A DNA stretch of 53,238 nucleotides, the filler included, from Sphacelaria rigidula (taxonomy: Eukaryota): the NCBI GenBank assembly GCA_964200075.2. It is 4 parts of 4 records of this genome, joined end to end, with 100 filler letters (N's around TTAATTAATTAA, not from the genome) between each part and the next. Parts side by side here need not be neighbours in the genome. Positions count along the whole stretch, not along the records: positions 13,337 to 26,570 come from CAXNAA020003041.1; positions 26,671 to 39,904 come from CAXNAA020003042.1; 2 more parts are not named here. One strand, written 5' to 3'. Shown piece by piece: positions 24,261 through 36,495 of the stretch. Each line of letters starts with the position of its first letter. The first letter of the stretch is position 1. The notes under the pieces were generated by a model. It had not been told where the DNA came from. It did no database searches and worked only from the letters and a program-made list of their open reading frames with translations. Made by a program: the position numbers and the translations under genes.

Positions 24261-25342
24261 ATGTCGTGACCCCAGCGGATGCAGCGCGCTTCACGTTGCT
24301 GTGCGCAAGGGACATTTCGAGGTAGCATTGACGCTGCTCGAGGCAGGGGCAGATCCCAACGGTCTACAGGGGGGACGAGATTCTGGTGATGAGTATGAAT
24401 CCGATCCTTATCCCCTACACGAGGCGGCAATGTCAGGCAATAGTGACCTGACACAGGCCTTGCTGGACGCTGGAGCTGAGACGGATCCCATCGCGAACGT
24501 CGAAGCAGTCGAAACGCTTTACGACATCGAGGCGGAGGGTTGCGGAACTCCGCTGTGCTACGCGGCTGAGTTGGGAAATATCGAGGTAGTACGTATCCTG
24601 GTGGAGGCTGGTGCCGATGTGAGCACCAGCGTCAACTTATTGGATAGAACGCCTTTACACAGAGCGGCCTGCAATGGTCACGGAAGTATTGTTGAGATTC
24701 TCGTTGACGCTGGAGCTGCTGTTGATGCCCAAGATAAGGGGGAGTTCACCCCTTTGCATGACGCAAGAAGTCTAGCGGTCGTTGAGGCACTCCTCGCTGC
24801 AGGAGCAGACCCAAACGTTGTCTGTGAAGGTTTAGACCTTGATATCCGATGCACCCCAATCGGCATGTACTGTCTTACTAGAAGAATGGACGAGGTTGTT
24901 GCCATGGTTGATGCCCTACTTTGCCACGGGGTAGATACCAGTATTCCCGTTTACGTGAGAGGAGGCCCAGTAGGGTCGCTGGTCAGCTGCGCGGTACAAG
25001 GTGGCAAGCCTGATCTTGTTTCGCGTTTGCTCGACGCTGGACTCGACCCCAATGATGCTGACCTGGAGCCCAACGAAGATGTTTACGACGGGATGCTGCC
25101 AATCCACATTGCGGCAATTTGCGGCGACGAGAAAGTTGTTCGTGTGCTCCTGCAGCGAGGCGCGGACAAGGAAGCCCGCACCGAGAAAATTGGGTCGACT
25201 CCTCTGCATCTAGCGTGTCGGTGGGCCAACTTGGAGTGCGTGCAGGAGTTTTTGCGTTGGAACGTCAGCCTAACCCAGCGGGACTCTAGGACCGGAGATT
25301 CTGGCAGTCTTGCTGAAGATGTAGTGGGCCGGGAATACTTTG
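24261..25342 (+). CDS. Ankyrin-repeat protein, exon 2
   Basis: CATAG acceptor is in phase with exon 1. Many ankyrin repeats (SALHVAV, YPLHEAA, TPLCYAA, TPLHRAA, TPLHDA, LPIHIAA, TPLHLAC). Probable G|GTGGGT donor. Confidence 0.92.
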
Positions 25343-25632
25343 GTGGGTGCGCATGGTTGGTCCTGTGCGGTTGGTGCGGAGCCGTGTATTCGAGTAATAG
25401 CGTATGCTTTCCCTACACAGTGTCAGTAGTGGGAGGACAATCCACCATTGGTTGCTGATCACACAATTAGTGCGAAGATGAGCTACGCTTATGTTCGAGT
25501 AGTGTCACTAGCGACGGAGTAAAACATGATGTGACGTCGAAGTATCCAGTGTCCTGTTGATTGAGTGGCTTCACTCCCGTTTGCCCGTTTTGTCCTCATC
25601 CGCCCCATTCCTGTTCCTCTTTGCACGAGTAG

Positions 25633-26117
25633 TCAGGGGCTGCCGTTCCGGTGCAGCGTTCAGGAGACGACGTGTTCCGGGGGCCTCAGACGCCGAGAAC
25701 CTGGTGCACGAGGCCAACAATCGCGACGCCGTTCGCCGCGTTCTCAGAGCGGCTGCAGCGTGGCGGAGAAGAGGCCCCGTGATTCTCCTGAGGGCATGTT
25801 TAGTGAAGCAGTTAGCGAAACCGATTGCTCCAGTGAAACGTTTTACCAAAGCACGTGCTTATAGTACAGGTATCGAAGACAGTGGTGGAAGTGGCGGCGA
25901 TTTGACCTTCACCGCAGACACGGGATGTGATGCAGGTGGCAGCCGCACCATCAGGAATTTGGAAGTTGGTGTCGGTGACGGTTGTATTGTAGTCACGCAG
26001 ACTCATGAGGCTGGCTATGCTCGCAACAAGGGAGCATTGTGCGATGTACTTGAGCGCCTGGTAGCACTCGGAAACGAGGAGGATGGCGTTTTCCGCCATG
26101 TCACGATGTTCCTCTGA
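25633..26117 (+). CDS. Ankyrin-repeat protein, exon 3 (spliced product ~560 aa)
   Basis: Polypyrimidine tract plus TAG acceptor in phase 1; the three exons total 1683 nt. C-terminal AWRRRG...DGVFRHVTMFL motif resembles brown algal ankyrin proteins. The exact acceptor is uncertain. Confidence 0.75.
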
Positions 26118-26508
26118 TGCATTGCCGTAGAGAGTGTTCCTCGGCACGCCATACGCCAGGGTTTGAGGGGTAGCGTTTCCGAAGCACGATGGAAGTCACA
26201 TATTCGATGGTTCGCTATTCAGGTGCGGGCGTGCTGTTATCTTAAGTGTGCATATGCTGCGTCGCTATGCACATGGAGCCCGCGAAGAGAGATGAGGGGC
26301 CCTAGGCCCAATGTCGCACGAAGAAATATCCAGACTAGGGTCGGCGCGCGCTCGTTGGTCAAGCGCGGGATGAAGGTGACGGTTGTACATTGATCAGTAC
26401 GCAGGTGAAGACAAACGATGAGATCCAAGCGCGGATGGATGTTGCGTTTTCCTTTTCCTTCAAGGCCCTTAGGGCTGAAAAGGGTTCTACTGAACCGAAA
26501 TAAAAAAA

Positions 26509-26570
26509 GGGCAATGGCCTAGAAAAGGTATACCTTCTCGTTTTTTGCCCAAGAAAGGTACGAAAAATGG
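26509..26570 (+). mobile_element. Terminus of a second copy of the 826-2661 foldback, truncated by the contig end
   Basis: GGGCAATGGCCTAGAAAAGGTATACCTTCTCGTTTTTTGCCCAAGAAAGGTACGAAAAATGG is nearly identical to 826-888. Confidence 0.9.
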
Positions 26571-26670
26571 NNNNNNNNNNNNNNNNNNNNNNNNNNNNNN
26601 NNNNNNNNNNNNNNTTAATTAATTAANNNNNNNNNNNNNNNNNNNNNNNNNNNNNNNNNNNNNNNNNNNN
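26571..26670. other. Artificial contig linker
   Basis: N-TTAATTAATTAA-N, 100 bp. Confidence 0.97.
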
Positions 26671-26992
26671 CTCGAAAGGCGAATGCGCCGGGCAATATTT
26701 AGAGTTGAACCCTGAAAATTGGTATGGAGAATGCACAGAGCATAATAAAAATCGGGAAGAAAGAAGGTCATGAAGTTTTTTTTTTCGTGAGTTAAGGGCA
26801 ATAATCAGTTTTCAGGTTTCAGCGAAACGCCCTCATTCTCACGAAGAAAAGAAAAAAACCTTCATGTGCTTCTTCCCGATTTTTTATTATGCCCCATGAA
26901 TTATCCGTACCAAATTTCAGGGTCTAACTCTAAATATTGCCCGGCGCATCCGCCTGCAAACGTTCATGCGGCCTCTAGGCTGCCCCAGCTCG
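26671..26992. mobile_element. Right end of a CGAG-TIR element with a ~280-bp hairpin
   Basis: Inverted arms spanning 26677-26955; ends AGGCTGCCCCAGCTCG|TA. Confidence 0.75.
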
Positions 26993-27224
26993 TACGCATG
27001 TCCAAAAAAACGCAAGCTTGAATATTACTACGCTTCAGATTTATATCACCTCGGAATCCCCAAAATCGTAACTTCGCGCAGTACCTGGTGTTGCTCGCTC
27101 ATCATTTCTTGTCCGTCATCGCTGCATGTATCATGCCCCACGATTACTTCGTGTGCCGTTTGCCAACGGTCGCGCGGTGTGGCAATCACCCCGTAGAGGT
27201 CTTGACTCTCCAAACCGTAGAAAG

Positions 27225-27425
27225 TAGGAAGAGGTGAGAGTAAGCGCGGGCTTCCGCATCTCCAGGCCGTGGAAACAGTGGGACATAAGCGTGGGCTCTT
27301 GCGTCTCCAGGCCGTTTTTTTTTTGAAAATAAGCCCGGGCTCTCGCGTCTCCGAGCCGTAGGAAGAGGTGAAAATAAGCGTGGGCTCTTGCGTTTCTGGG
27401 CCGTAGACGGAGGTAAAAAGTAGCG
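27225..27425. repeat. ~45-bp tandem repeat, 4-5 units
   Basis: TAAGC(G/C)(T/C)GGGCT...TCTCC(A/G)GGCCGT-like units at ~27241, 27286, 27330 and 27375. Confidence 0.8.
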
Positions 27426-28118
27426 CTGGAGATGGTCTTCGCCCATTCGATTTGTTGCCGTGCGCTGGGTTAGACGCCCGCTGTGGAAGGCCCATCTTGG
27501 TCAAATAGAGGTGCACTTTGGATATAATATGAGTCATCTTGAGACAAAATGAGGTACAAGATAAACTGACCAGTGTTTGTTGGGTACACCTACCCCACTG
27601 TCGGACAAAATAAGGAACTCCGCGAGGTCCTTGTTTCCCGCGGCGCTGTTCGGCCGTAACACCGCACTTTTTTTGCGAAAGTTGGTGTACATGCTCTGCA
27701 TGGGCTGTGGGCGCCTTGCCTTCGCGTGGAGATTGATTTTTTGAGTGGTTTGGGCCTAGCACTGACAGCTCCAACTTATGCGGTTACCTATACCTCCGTT
27801 TGGGCTGAAATAGGGAGTTCTGTCCTCGCTTTTGTCTTTTGCTCACCAGAAGTTACCGAAAGTGAAGAAACTGCCACTTTTGGCCCAAATGTTTACCTCA
27901 CCAGTTTTTATGGAAGAAAATCCCAACGGAAATGAACGGTTATTTTTGGAGCCGAACAATCGACGATCCCAGACAAGAATGCATGGATGTTTGTCCAAGC
28001 TAAACAGCCCGGATAAAGATCGTGTTGACATAAAACGCCTCCTCTGGACACCACCAGTGCTATGACTCTTGTGCAGTCCTGATCTCGCACACAATTCAGC
28101 CGTCTGCGCAAGGGGCGA

Positions 28119-29508
28119 GTGATGGAGGTCAAAGGCTGCGACTCGTCGGGTGACGAGATACTCGTGGCGGCGGTGCTGGCCGCTGTGATCAACCTGTACA
28201 CCACGGTGATCGCGGCCGGCCAAGAAGTACTGGACTACATGAAGGCTGAAGACGGCGGGTGCCCGTCCCGTGATGATTTGAACGGAAACATCTTCGATGC
28301 GGGCCCTAAAGAGGCAGCAACCCGTCCCGTAAGGCCGGGTTATGACGACACATGATTGGGAAAAGGACTTGCGGACATGGATGCACTGTTTCAGCCGTAG
28401 TCGACGGCAGCCCGGACGGCCCAGAACTTGTTTCGCATTCCCTACCCTGCCTTCGTCGAGCTCATGAAAGTAGTCGAGGGCAGAGCGCGAAAGGGGCTAT
28501 GGTTCACGTCGCTCAAGGAGGACGCGCAAGCCGGCGATGTTTACATCTCTCGCTCAAGGTACGGCATGGCTTGTTGATGTAGAGTACACTGGCCACATAA
28601 ATCTCGCTTTTGTGTCTTCCTGCATTTTTATCGCACTCCGGTGTGAAAACTTCGATTGGCGAGACAAATCCGATGCGGGCGCGGAAATCGAATCGAATCA
28701 TTCCGTTCTTGCCTTAGATCGCACCCCGCTGCCATGATCCTGATACGTGCGATAAATCCGGTGGGTCCGATCACTCGCATGATAACGGCGTTCCCACAAG
28801 CGGCGAGTGTGCGGCTGTGACTATAGCGCGACGATTGCCACAAGTAAGGAACTGTGTTGGGAACGCCAGCGATTAAATGCTCACTATCCATTTCGTCGCA
28901 TGACGCGTGCAAATGTGAACATCGCAGCATTCTGGGTATGTCGACGTTGCTCGTCAGCATGTGAGAGGTACTCGGGGCGCTTCGTGTGCTGGTGAGCGGC
29001 AAGTGCTCCGACGTCGTCGAGTAACGTTTCGGCTCCGAGCGGTTGGGTCTCGCACCTATTTTTGCACGCCTTCTGGTAAACGTTTCTCTTCGAGCTGCAC
29101 GTAACATGGATATCTCTGCCCGAGGGTGACGACCTCAAACGAGCGATCGGGCAACATGACCAACTGGGGTTCAAAGGTGCGATAGGCTCGATGGATGGGA
29201 CCCTCCTCCACTTCGGTCGGGCGACAGCGTCACGTGCCCAGCTCTCTGCTAAAAGGGAGGGGTTTCCAACGCGAGCATACGTGGCAAGGGTGGATCGCGA
29301 TGGCTGTGTTGTGGCATGTACGAGAGGTTTCCTAGGCTCGCAGAGCGACAAGATGATCATCCGTCTGGGCGCTGCCGTGACTATCGTTCGCAAGGACCAG
29401 ACGTGCGCCAATGCTGAGTATAAGCTCCTCAGCGAAGACGGCGCACTACCGGGCAAAGAGACGGCGTACAAGGGAGCATACCTCATCGTCGACGGAGGGT
29501 ACCACTGG
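28119..29508 (+). pseudogene. PIF/Harbinger DDE transposase, N-terminal and catalytic part, decayed
   Basis: FRIPYPAFVELM at 28431; LGFKGAIGSMDGT...KREGFPT...GSQSDK...YLIVDGGYHW match Harbinger/HARBI1-type motifs. In-frame TAA at 29077 and frameshifts upstream. Confidence 0.8.
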
Positions 29509-31375
29509 TGAGGGGTCGGCCTCGCATGCATTGATCGATTGGGTGATTGAATCGTTGTCGCAAACAAGCCGATGATACGCGACGGATCTGGTCGTGGTAA
29601 TATGATGGGCGTACCCAAGGTAAATGAGACGGAAACATTCTCCGAACAAAAGTGAAGAAACCAGAACGGTAGAACAGACATCATAGACTAAAAAAAAGCC
29701 AAGAATAAAAATAAGGGGAATCGCCGGCCTCTCTAACTTGACTCGAGATGGGAAAGGTCTTGCGCAACAGCACACGCATTCCCACCTAATCGGAGAAGAA
29801 AGAAAAGACGTGCGGATAGATTGCGGCTCATCTATTTTGGCGGTACTATTTCGGGTATGAGCTCTCCCCATGAAACTTACGCAAGTCAGGCACCGGAGGG
29901 AAAGAACTCACATGGAGGGAGAGAGGTGGTGAGAGAAGGAGAGAACAGAAGAGAAAACTGCGGAAGTTATGAAGCCCAAGGACACCTTACAGTAGAGCAG
30001 ATAACACAAATGCAATCCAGGGAACACCGCCGCAAGACCACCGACCAAGGACATAATCAACAACCGATGTGATGAGACAGGGGCACATCGGTTTCCGTAT
30101 AGCCCAGCTTCCCCCGTTAACCTCTAGCCGGTACAAGGCAGAACAGTATGTCGGCAATTTCCTTTCTGTGGCGGCTACTGTGTTGGCGGTAGCAGCTCCC
30201 CGATTGGCGGTCCCCGGCGCAGCAGCCTCTCGTGTATGGCGGAAGTACGATTCGTGTGCGTCCTCACGACGCCAAGCATCCTCAACTCTTTCGCATTGGG
30301 ATTTCATCATCTCCAGTGGTACCCGAAGTGCATCGTTTTTTCACGGCACGGTGCAGTTTGGTGCGGCGGAGCTTCCCAAAATCGTACGAGCTGGGCCAGC
30401 CTAAAAACGGATTTAGGCTCTCCAAGTAATATCTCATCGACACAGACGAGTTGGGCCGTGATCCGCACATCGTATTCATCCTCTAATCAAGGGTCCATCT
30501 GCTCGAAAATCTGGGCCAATATTTTCTCGTTGATTAAACCGCATGTCTGGTAACTCCTTTGCCGTACGGAGATAGCGTCCACACTCAAATCTATATGAAA
30601 CCCCGAACGATACATGCAGCGGATGATGACGTATTTTGGTGTGGACCTTCCCTGGAGCACGGCGAGACGATAGATACCCTCACCTCCACCTAATGGCGCA
30701 CATTAGGTTCCATACTCAAATCTATATTTTATGAACAGAGGCACTAGATGCCCTGAATCTGGATATCGCGTCTTGGTTTTTGAGAGTTGTAATTTCGTAT
30801 GGAGAACCACTAGTGCATGGTGAAATTAAAAACAAACAGCGTTCTACCTTTTCACGTTTTTTTTTCTTCATTTTTTTGTGTTTTTAGTGCAGTTTAGAGG
30901 AGAAACGAACATTGCTCTTGGGCCTTATTTGATTTTTTCAGCTCAATTTTTAGAACTGTGATTCGAAACTTAGCATGGACAACCATAGATGTATGCTGGG
31001 GAAAAACATAGGCGCTTCTTTTTTACTTTTTTCGGAGAGGTTCGAGCGTTCTTGTATAAAAATGTCGTTACCACACTAGAACGCCCTTAACCAGCGAAAA
31101 AAATCGAAACCAACCTCATCCATTTTTCTTCATTCATCATGACCTAGCGAGGTCCCGCACAAAGTTTCGATACACAAACACCAAACGTGGGGCGGTGAAC
31201 GACCTGCAAAATATTGTTCCGAATTTCCACCGGCCTGGGTTCTAAAAGGCGACTTCGCAACTTTTTACTTGGAGTTGGACCCGGAAATTTGGTATGGACA
31301 ATCAACAGGGCATGGATGAAGAAAATCATGCCGGGGTCCAAATATATATATATATATTATACTTTGCGTGAGTTA

Positions 31376-32164
31376 GGCTACTTTTCATGTATAAAAAACA
31401 CGTCATCACATATACCGTTTTTCAACAGTGATTTTTCACAAATGTTTTTAAACCAGCCCTTCTTACGTGATCGACGCACTATCAACATTGAAAACGCAGT
31501 GTTCATCGTTTTCTATGAGGTGTGCAGGCATCATTTCAAATTTTGGGGCGCGCGAGAGATGCGCAGCACCGTCCTGTCCTGTTGTGGTTTACGGTCCGTA
31601 CTGACTGTACTACTGTGATACATCCCTAAGCAATACGTGGTGGGCTGCGTGACGCAACACGACCAACAAGAACACCGCCTTGCTGTTCCCATGGGGTAAG
31701 GGGCCACTACGCTACTGGCGAGCGAGGGACAATGATGCAACACGCTGAATGCCCGCCAGCACCAGCGACAGCAGTAGTGGTGATGGCAACCGAGCCATCA
31801 CAGGTGCTGTCGTGCGCTGTAAGGTGTGTTGAAACGCTTTTTCAATAACAATTTTCCATAGCCCGAGGATTAGAAAATTGTGATTTTTTTATAAGTTTGG
31901 GCTGTCCGAAAATGTTATCAGAAGATTTCTCATCGTAAAGGTACACAAAATTCGACTCGACGGTCGACGAATTAAAGGGACTGCTGAACCCCTCTCGCGA
32001 TAAAAAATAAGGGCAAGCACCGCAGAAGAAAGGTGGAGTATTAAAAACAAATAAAAAATAAGCTCCTGTGTTGACCTTCCTCCTGTGTGACCCCGGCTGA
32101 TGCGCCCACATATACTGAAAGGTGTAGACAGGCGCCCAGAATAGATGGGACGACAACGCGCGCG

Positions 32165-32209
<45 letters not shown>

Positions 32210-32301
32210 CTCGTTTTCTTATCACATAAGAAGTGGGTTTCTGGCCTGTTATCGGAGAACGGGATTTTTTACACTGCTTATTTTTTACATAAGAAGTAGC
32301 C
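31376..32301. mobile_element. PIF/Harbinger (Tourist-like) non-autonomous element
   Basis: TIRs GGCTACTTTTCATGTA / TACATAAGAAGTAGCC with TTA duplicated on both sides. The empty site GAGTTAAGGGCAATAAT is present at ~26789. Confidence 0.85.
31940..32206 (+). mobile_element. SINE 3' fragment with (GC)n(AC)n microsatellite tail
   Basis: Matches the 51946-52145 core; followed by CGCGCG...ACACAC. Confidence 0.8.
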
Positions 32302-32414
32302 TTAAGGGCAACAATCAGTTTTCAGGTTTTCGTAAAATGCCCTTCGATCACCAAAAAAAAAGTTGCATATATATTTTTCTCAATGCCCTTTTGGTTGTCC
32401 ATTACCCATTTTAA

Positions 32415-32530
32415 CCCTTTGAACCCCATTCACGACTTTGTTTTTGCGTATCGGCATCATTTTGATTTGAACATGACTGAAAATGATGCCGATTCACACA
32501 AACAAAAATCGTCGATGGGGTCCAAAAGGG
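32415..32530. mobile_element. piggyBac-like hairpin MITE
   Basis: TTAA|CCCTTT...AAAGGG|TTAA; nearly fully palindromic, with ATCGGCATC / GATGCCGAT. Confidence 0.88.
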
Positions 32531-33249
32531 TTAAGTGTCCCACTCTGAGTAAAAAATTGCGAGTCTGCCTGCAAACTACAAATCCCCTTCCAGGCTGGCC
32601 CAGCTCGTGACGGACCGTGACTATTTTTAAGCGATGTTTACCGCACCGCACCGCACCGCATCGTGACGTACGAATAAAAACAAAAGCCCATCGTTGCGCT
32701 TTTACCACGGGAATATTCCTGTCTTTGTCGATCTTGACGTCTTTGGTAAACTACAGTGTTAGCGCGGGCGTCTGGCTTACACGTCGACCTGGCGGATGTG
32801 AATATTTTCACTTCACGGCGCGGACGTGCGTTGTTCGCTACAGCTATCCCCCCCCATGCGAGATGTTGGGTATCGTGGTACAAGGCGCTCTGTGTTGCAG
32901 ATATTTCTCATCAGATGTTTGAAAATTCCCCGTTGATCGACTTTTGGACGGACCGCGCGTTTGGTCATAAATTCGGGGTGCGATGCAGCAATGTGTTGGA
33001 GACCTCTTTCGCAAATGCAAGCCCACTCTTTCGTCAAATGTAGTAGACTGCAGATGCTCGACTGCTCGCCATATTTTCCCGGCGTGACGATTGTGTCTTT
33101 CCTGTTTGTATTGCGCCCGTTTGTGCGACATGAGCCGCTGACAATGCTAGTTTGCTGCCTCCCTGTATCCGTCGACCGCGTGCACCACATGCCTCTGGCC
33201 GCACAACGTCATCGCCAAACTGCCCGCGCACCGTTGTACCGTTTTGAAG

Positions 33250-33637
33250 TGAAAGATGCTCATACGCTCCATCAAATCTGCGGCGTTTGAGGGAATCGAC
33301 TGGAGCAAGAGACTCGATAGCGTTCGAGGTAATAGTAAATGCTTCTTCCGGGTGATGAAACCACGCTTCAGGATCCGGCGGGGATCTACGCAACATCTGA
33401 CCGGATAAGATTGGCAGCAGTTGTCGGACATGTTGCACCTTGCACAACATGCTGCACATGTACGCCGGTATGGACGAGATGGTGGCTGTTATGGATTGGG
33501 TCGGTGCTGGTCGTGACAACGACGAAGAAGCAAGTGTGTTCGCGGTCGCGATCGACGAAGAAGTTGGACTCCGGGAGTTCAGAGCAAGACTGTTGGAGCA
33601 CCTCGCGTTCAGAGACAACCGAAGGTCGCTTGCTTGA
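33250..33637 (+). pseudogene. PIF/Harbinger transposase, C-terminal part
   Basis: WSKRLDSVRGNSKCFFRVMKPRFRI, then after a frameshift TCCTLHNMLH...LREFRARLLEHL, matching the Harbinger R.DVE..FG.LK.RF and CC.LHN motifs. Confidence 0.75.
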
Positions 33638-36420
33638 CTGTGGTCGTGATACTGGCCATCACGAAGGGCGTAGGCATGCGGAGCTCGGTGGAGGAAAAGG
33701 GGAGGAACGTGTTGGGGGCTATACGCGATGCCAGCTGGAGAGTCCGCGCCAGCAACCCAAATTGTAGCGCGTAACGTTTGGGTGATGGTGGTGATGGTGG
33801 TGAGGGGAGGATGTTGACGTTGGGGGAAAGTAGCGTTTGGTCGCTTGCGGTCATCGCCGTTGCGCGGTTCTTCATTGACAGAGTGCTGTAGGTATTTGCG
33901 AAGCCCTGGTTCGGACGTAGGTCCTGACTGTGTTTCCGTGACAAGCGCGCACCGTGTCGAGTACCGGCTTAACCAGACTCGAGTAAAGTAGGGTGTTTGC
34001 GGGCGCCATGCCTGCTTCAGTAGTGATGGTGGTGCTTACTTGTGGATGAGCTGCCGCGGGCTGTGGTGGGCGTAAGCGGTTGTGGGTGATGGTGGATCTG
34101 GCCGGCTGCGATGCTTGGCTTGATCGTGCAAGAGGATCACAAGATTCAAACTTGCGAACTCCGCTAGAAGGCCTGTCCAAAACGCTGCTGCAACTCTGAG
34201 CGTTTTTTCGTTGTTGCCACGAGAAGTGGTCTTACAGTGATCCCGCCATTTTTTGGCTCGACAAAAAGTGGCGTTTTTTTTTCCAGGGCGGTTTTTGTTT
34301 GCCATGAGAAGCGGCCCAAGGGCCCATCTTCGCGAGAAAAAGCAAGAAGCAAGCAAAGAAACATGATGCTTGATCGTTTGCATTAGTGCCCCCTCGTGCC
34401 CCCACTAACAAGCGCGGTGGCGATTGTTTTCGAGGTGGTGCTTTTTTTAGGTGACGGCCATATTTTTCACGTTTTTCTCTTCCGGGAAGTTCGGCATGAA
34501 GGGCAACGTGAGCCAGCGGCGCAAGAACCCTTGCTGTGGTACACACCTGTCAGACAGTCCGGACCTAAGGCACAAGTTCACATCAATTTCTGATCTACCT
34601 GTTCCAGGTTGGTTGATGACAAGCTCGAGCCGTAGGTATAGATCAACTGAGTACGGCGTTTTTCGGCTTGGGGGAATCGGGTCAAAACCTTTCGAATCGC
34701 GATAACTTGTCGGATAGGCGCCGCATAACGCACGCACACAATCCAGAGCAACTTTTTTCCATCCACACGGCAGCCCCTTTTCCAGTACCGAACGGATTGC
34801 CGTGAAACAAACAGCACTATGCATAGATGAGCAAGAGCTAGTGCTAGGCGTTGTGAACTTGTCGTCTGGGTGTCTGTGCTTGTTTTCTCGAGCTGGGTGG
34901 CGTAGGTGTAATATCATCATCCACGCCTGTCGAGATTCCCAAACCTATTTCTGACTATGTCCAGCGCCAAAGGATCACCGCTTTCTCCAAGAAAGTCTGT
35001 TTTGTGATCTCTCGTGGGGTCCGAAAGTGGTTATTATGGGCAGGCAAGCTGCTTTGCTCGCTTCCCTCTTCACTCTTTTTTTTTGTCACGTTGAGATGGA
35101 CCCTAGAGCTCACATACAAACGTGACGCGCTGTAGGACGGGACTGGAGACCTAGAAACTGATGGCGTGCAGGTTGGGGCTTCAGGTCTGCGACTGATGTC
35201 ATGAAGTGGGATCAAGTGCGCTCGCCGCACTCGGACTGCGCTCAAAGTTCACGGAACTAACCCGACGACCCAGGGGACGCTCCTCACATTGTTCCTGATG
35301 TGTGCTTGTAGGTTTTTTGTGCCACTCCATACTAAGGGTTGGGCTTGGTCTTCCCTGTTCGCTTTTTTAATTGCGAGTCAACGAAGCTTCTGACTCATGC
35401 ATGGAGGCGGAAAGGTTCCAAAAGGGTTGGGCGTTGATCGCTGGAACCTTACGTTTCGAGCATCGCGGAACGCCCGTACCGTACCGCACTATCAGAGGAG
35501 GAAAACATGCTCGGACATGGGTGAAGATGATGCTATGTGGCTTAGAAAGAACGCGTGAAGGCCTGTCCAACGTGGAGGACGTGATTTTGATTCACACGCA
35601 ACACGCGTTTTCCCCAAGTGTTTTTCGTGTAACGCTTTCCGAACCCCCCTCCCCATTGTTTCCTGGGGTGTGAGCGCGGCGTGAAAGATCACAGGTAAAC
35701 CCTACTTGTATCCGCTGGTCTGAGAAAAATAGAAACATCAAGTTATCGTTGAATACGAAATATCAAGAAATGGATGGCGTGTTTTACGCTCTCACACAGA
35801 AACACTCCGGGAACCAGCTGGAGAGCAATCTCCAGTCGGTCAGGGGTGTTTTGCATCTAGATACTTGGTGTGATCTGGAGATGAGTCTTTGATGTGGTGT
35901 TCGATGTAGTGAACAAGTCGACCTTTGTGTTTTGCATTTTTTACTCTCCACATTTATGGTTCGCTTGGTGGTTTGTGTGCATTTCGAACATCTTATGTTT
36001 CGTTATGAATTTTGCAACATCATGTCCATTTTAATAGATTCGGAGACGAAGAATGGCCCAAGATGGAAGCCAGGTCAAGGGCGTCGTGGTGATCGTCCAC
36101 GTGTTTTTTGGAAACCCAAGTTTAGAGCCTGGGTGGAAGATGGAATGTTTCGGCGCGATATGCGGCCGAACCCAGCATGACGTGATTGAACTAATTGCGT
36201 ACAGGTACATGTACACAGTGGAGAACATAAGGTCTGGGTTCTTGCTAGGTATTTCCTTCGCGACCAAACCACACGGAGCCCACGAGCTCCACGCCTTTTC
36301 GTAACCCCAGGTCGTAACCCTGGCTCCAGCTTCCCTCTCCCCCCGAAACTGTTTATTGTCGCTCGGGCAATGGGTACAGAATGGGTGAATGTGGCGTCTA
36401 GTTGCGTATATCCAGTCCGC

Positions 36421-36495
36421 GCCCCGGTGATGTAATGGTTCGGCTGTCGCCATTAGGGTGGAGAGAACGAGGGTTCGATTCCCAATGCATTGGGC
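36421..36495 (+). mobile_element. tRNA-like (Pol III A/B box) head, probable SINE or tRNA pseudogene
   Basis: GCCCCGGTGATGTAATGGTT ... GAGGGTTCGATTCCC; the acceptor stem does not close. Confidence 0.45.

Larger units (their letters stand above)
30387..32607. mobile_element. CGAGCTGGGCCAGCCT-TIR element (Tc1/mariner-like) carrying nested insertions
   Basis: Perfect 16-bp TIRs with TA on the left and TG on the right. Internal sequence ~30645-31340 is homologous to ~40005-40700. Confidence 0.8.

Noticed and set aside
27046-27774. 242-aa minus-strand ORF (also 28884-29684 and 36031-36786)
   Set aside because: Overlaps a tandem repeat, is antisense to the transposase, or spans a SINE-like head; no recognisable protein features
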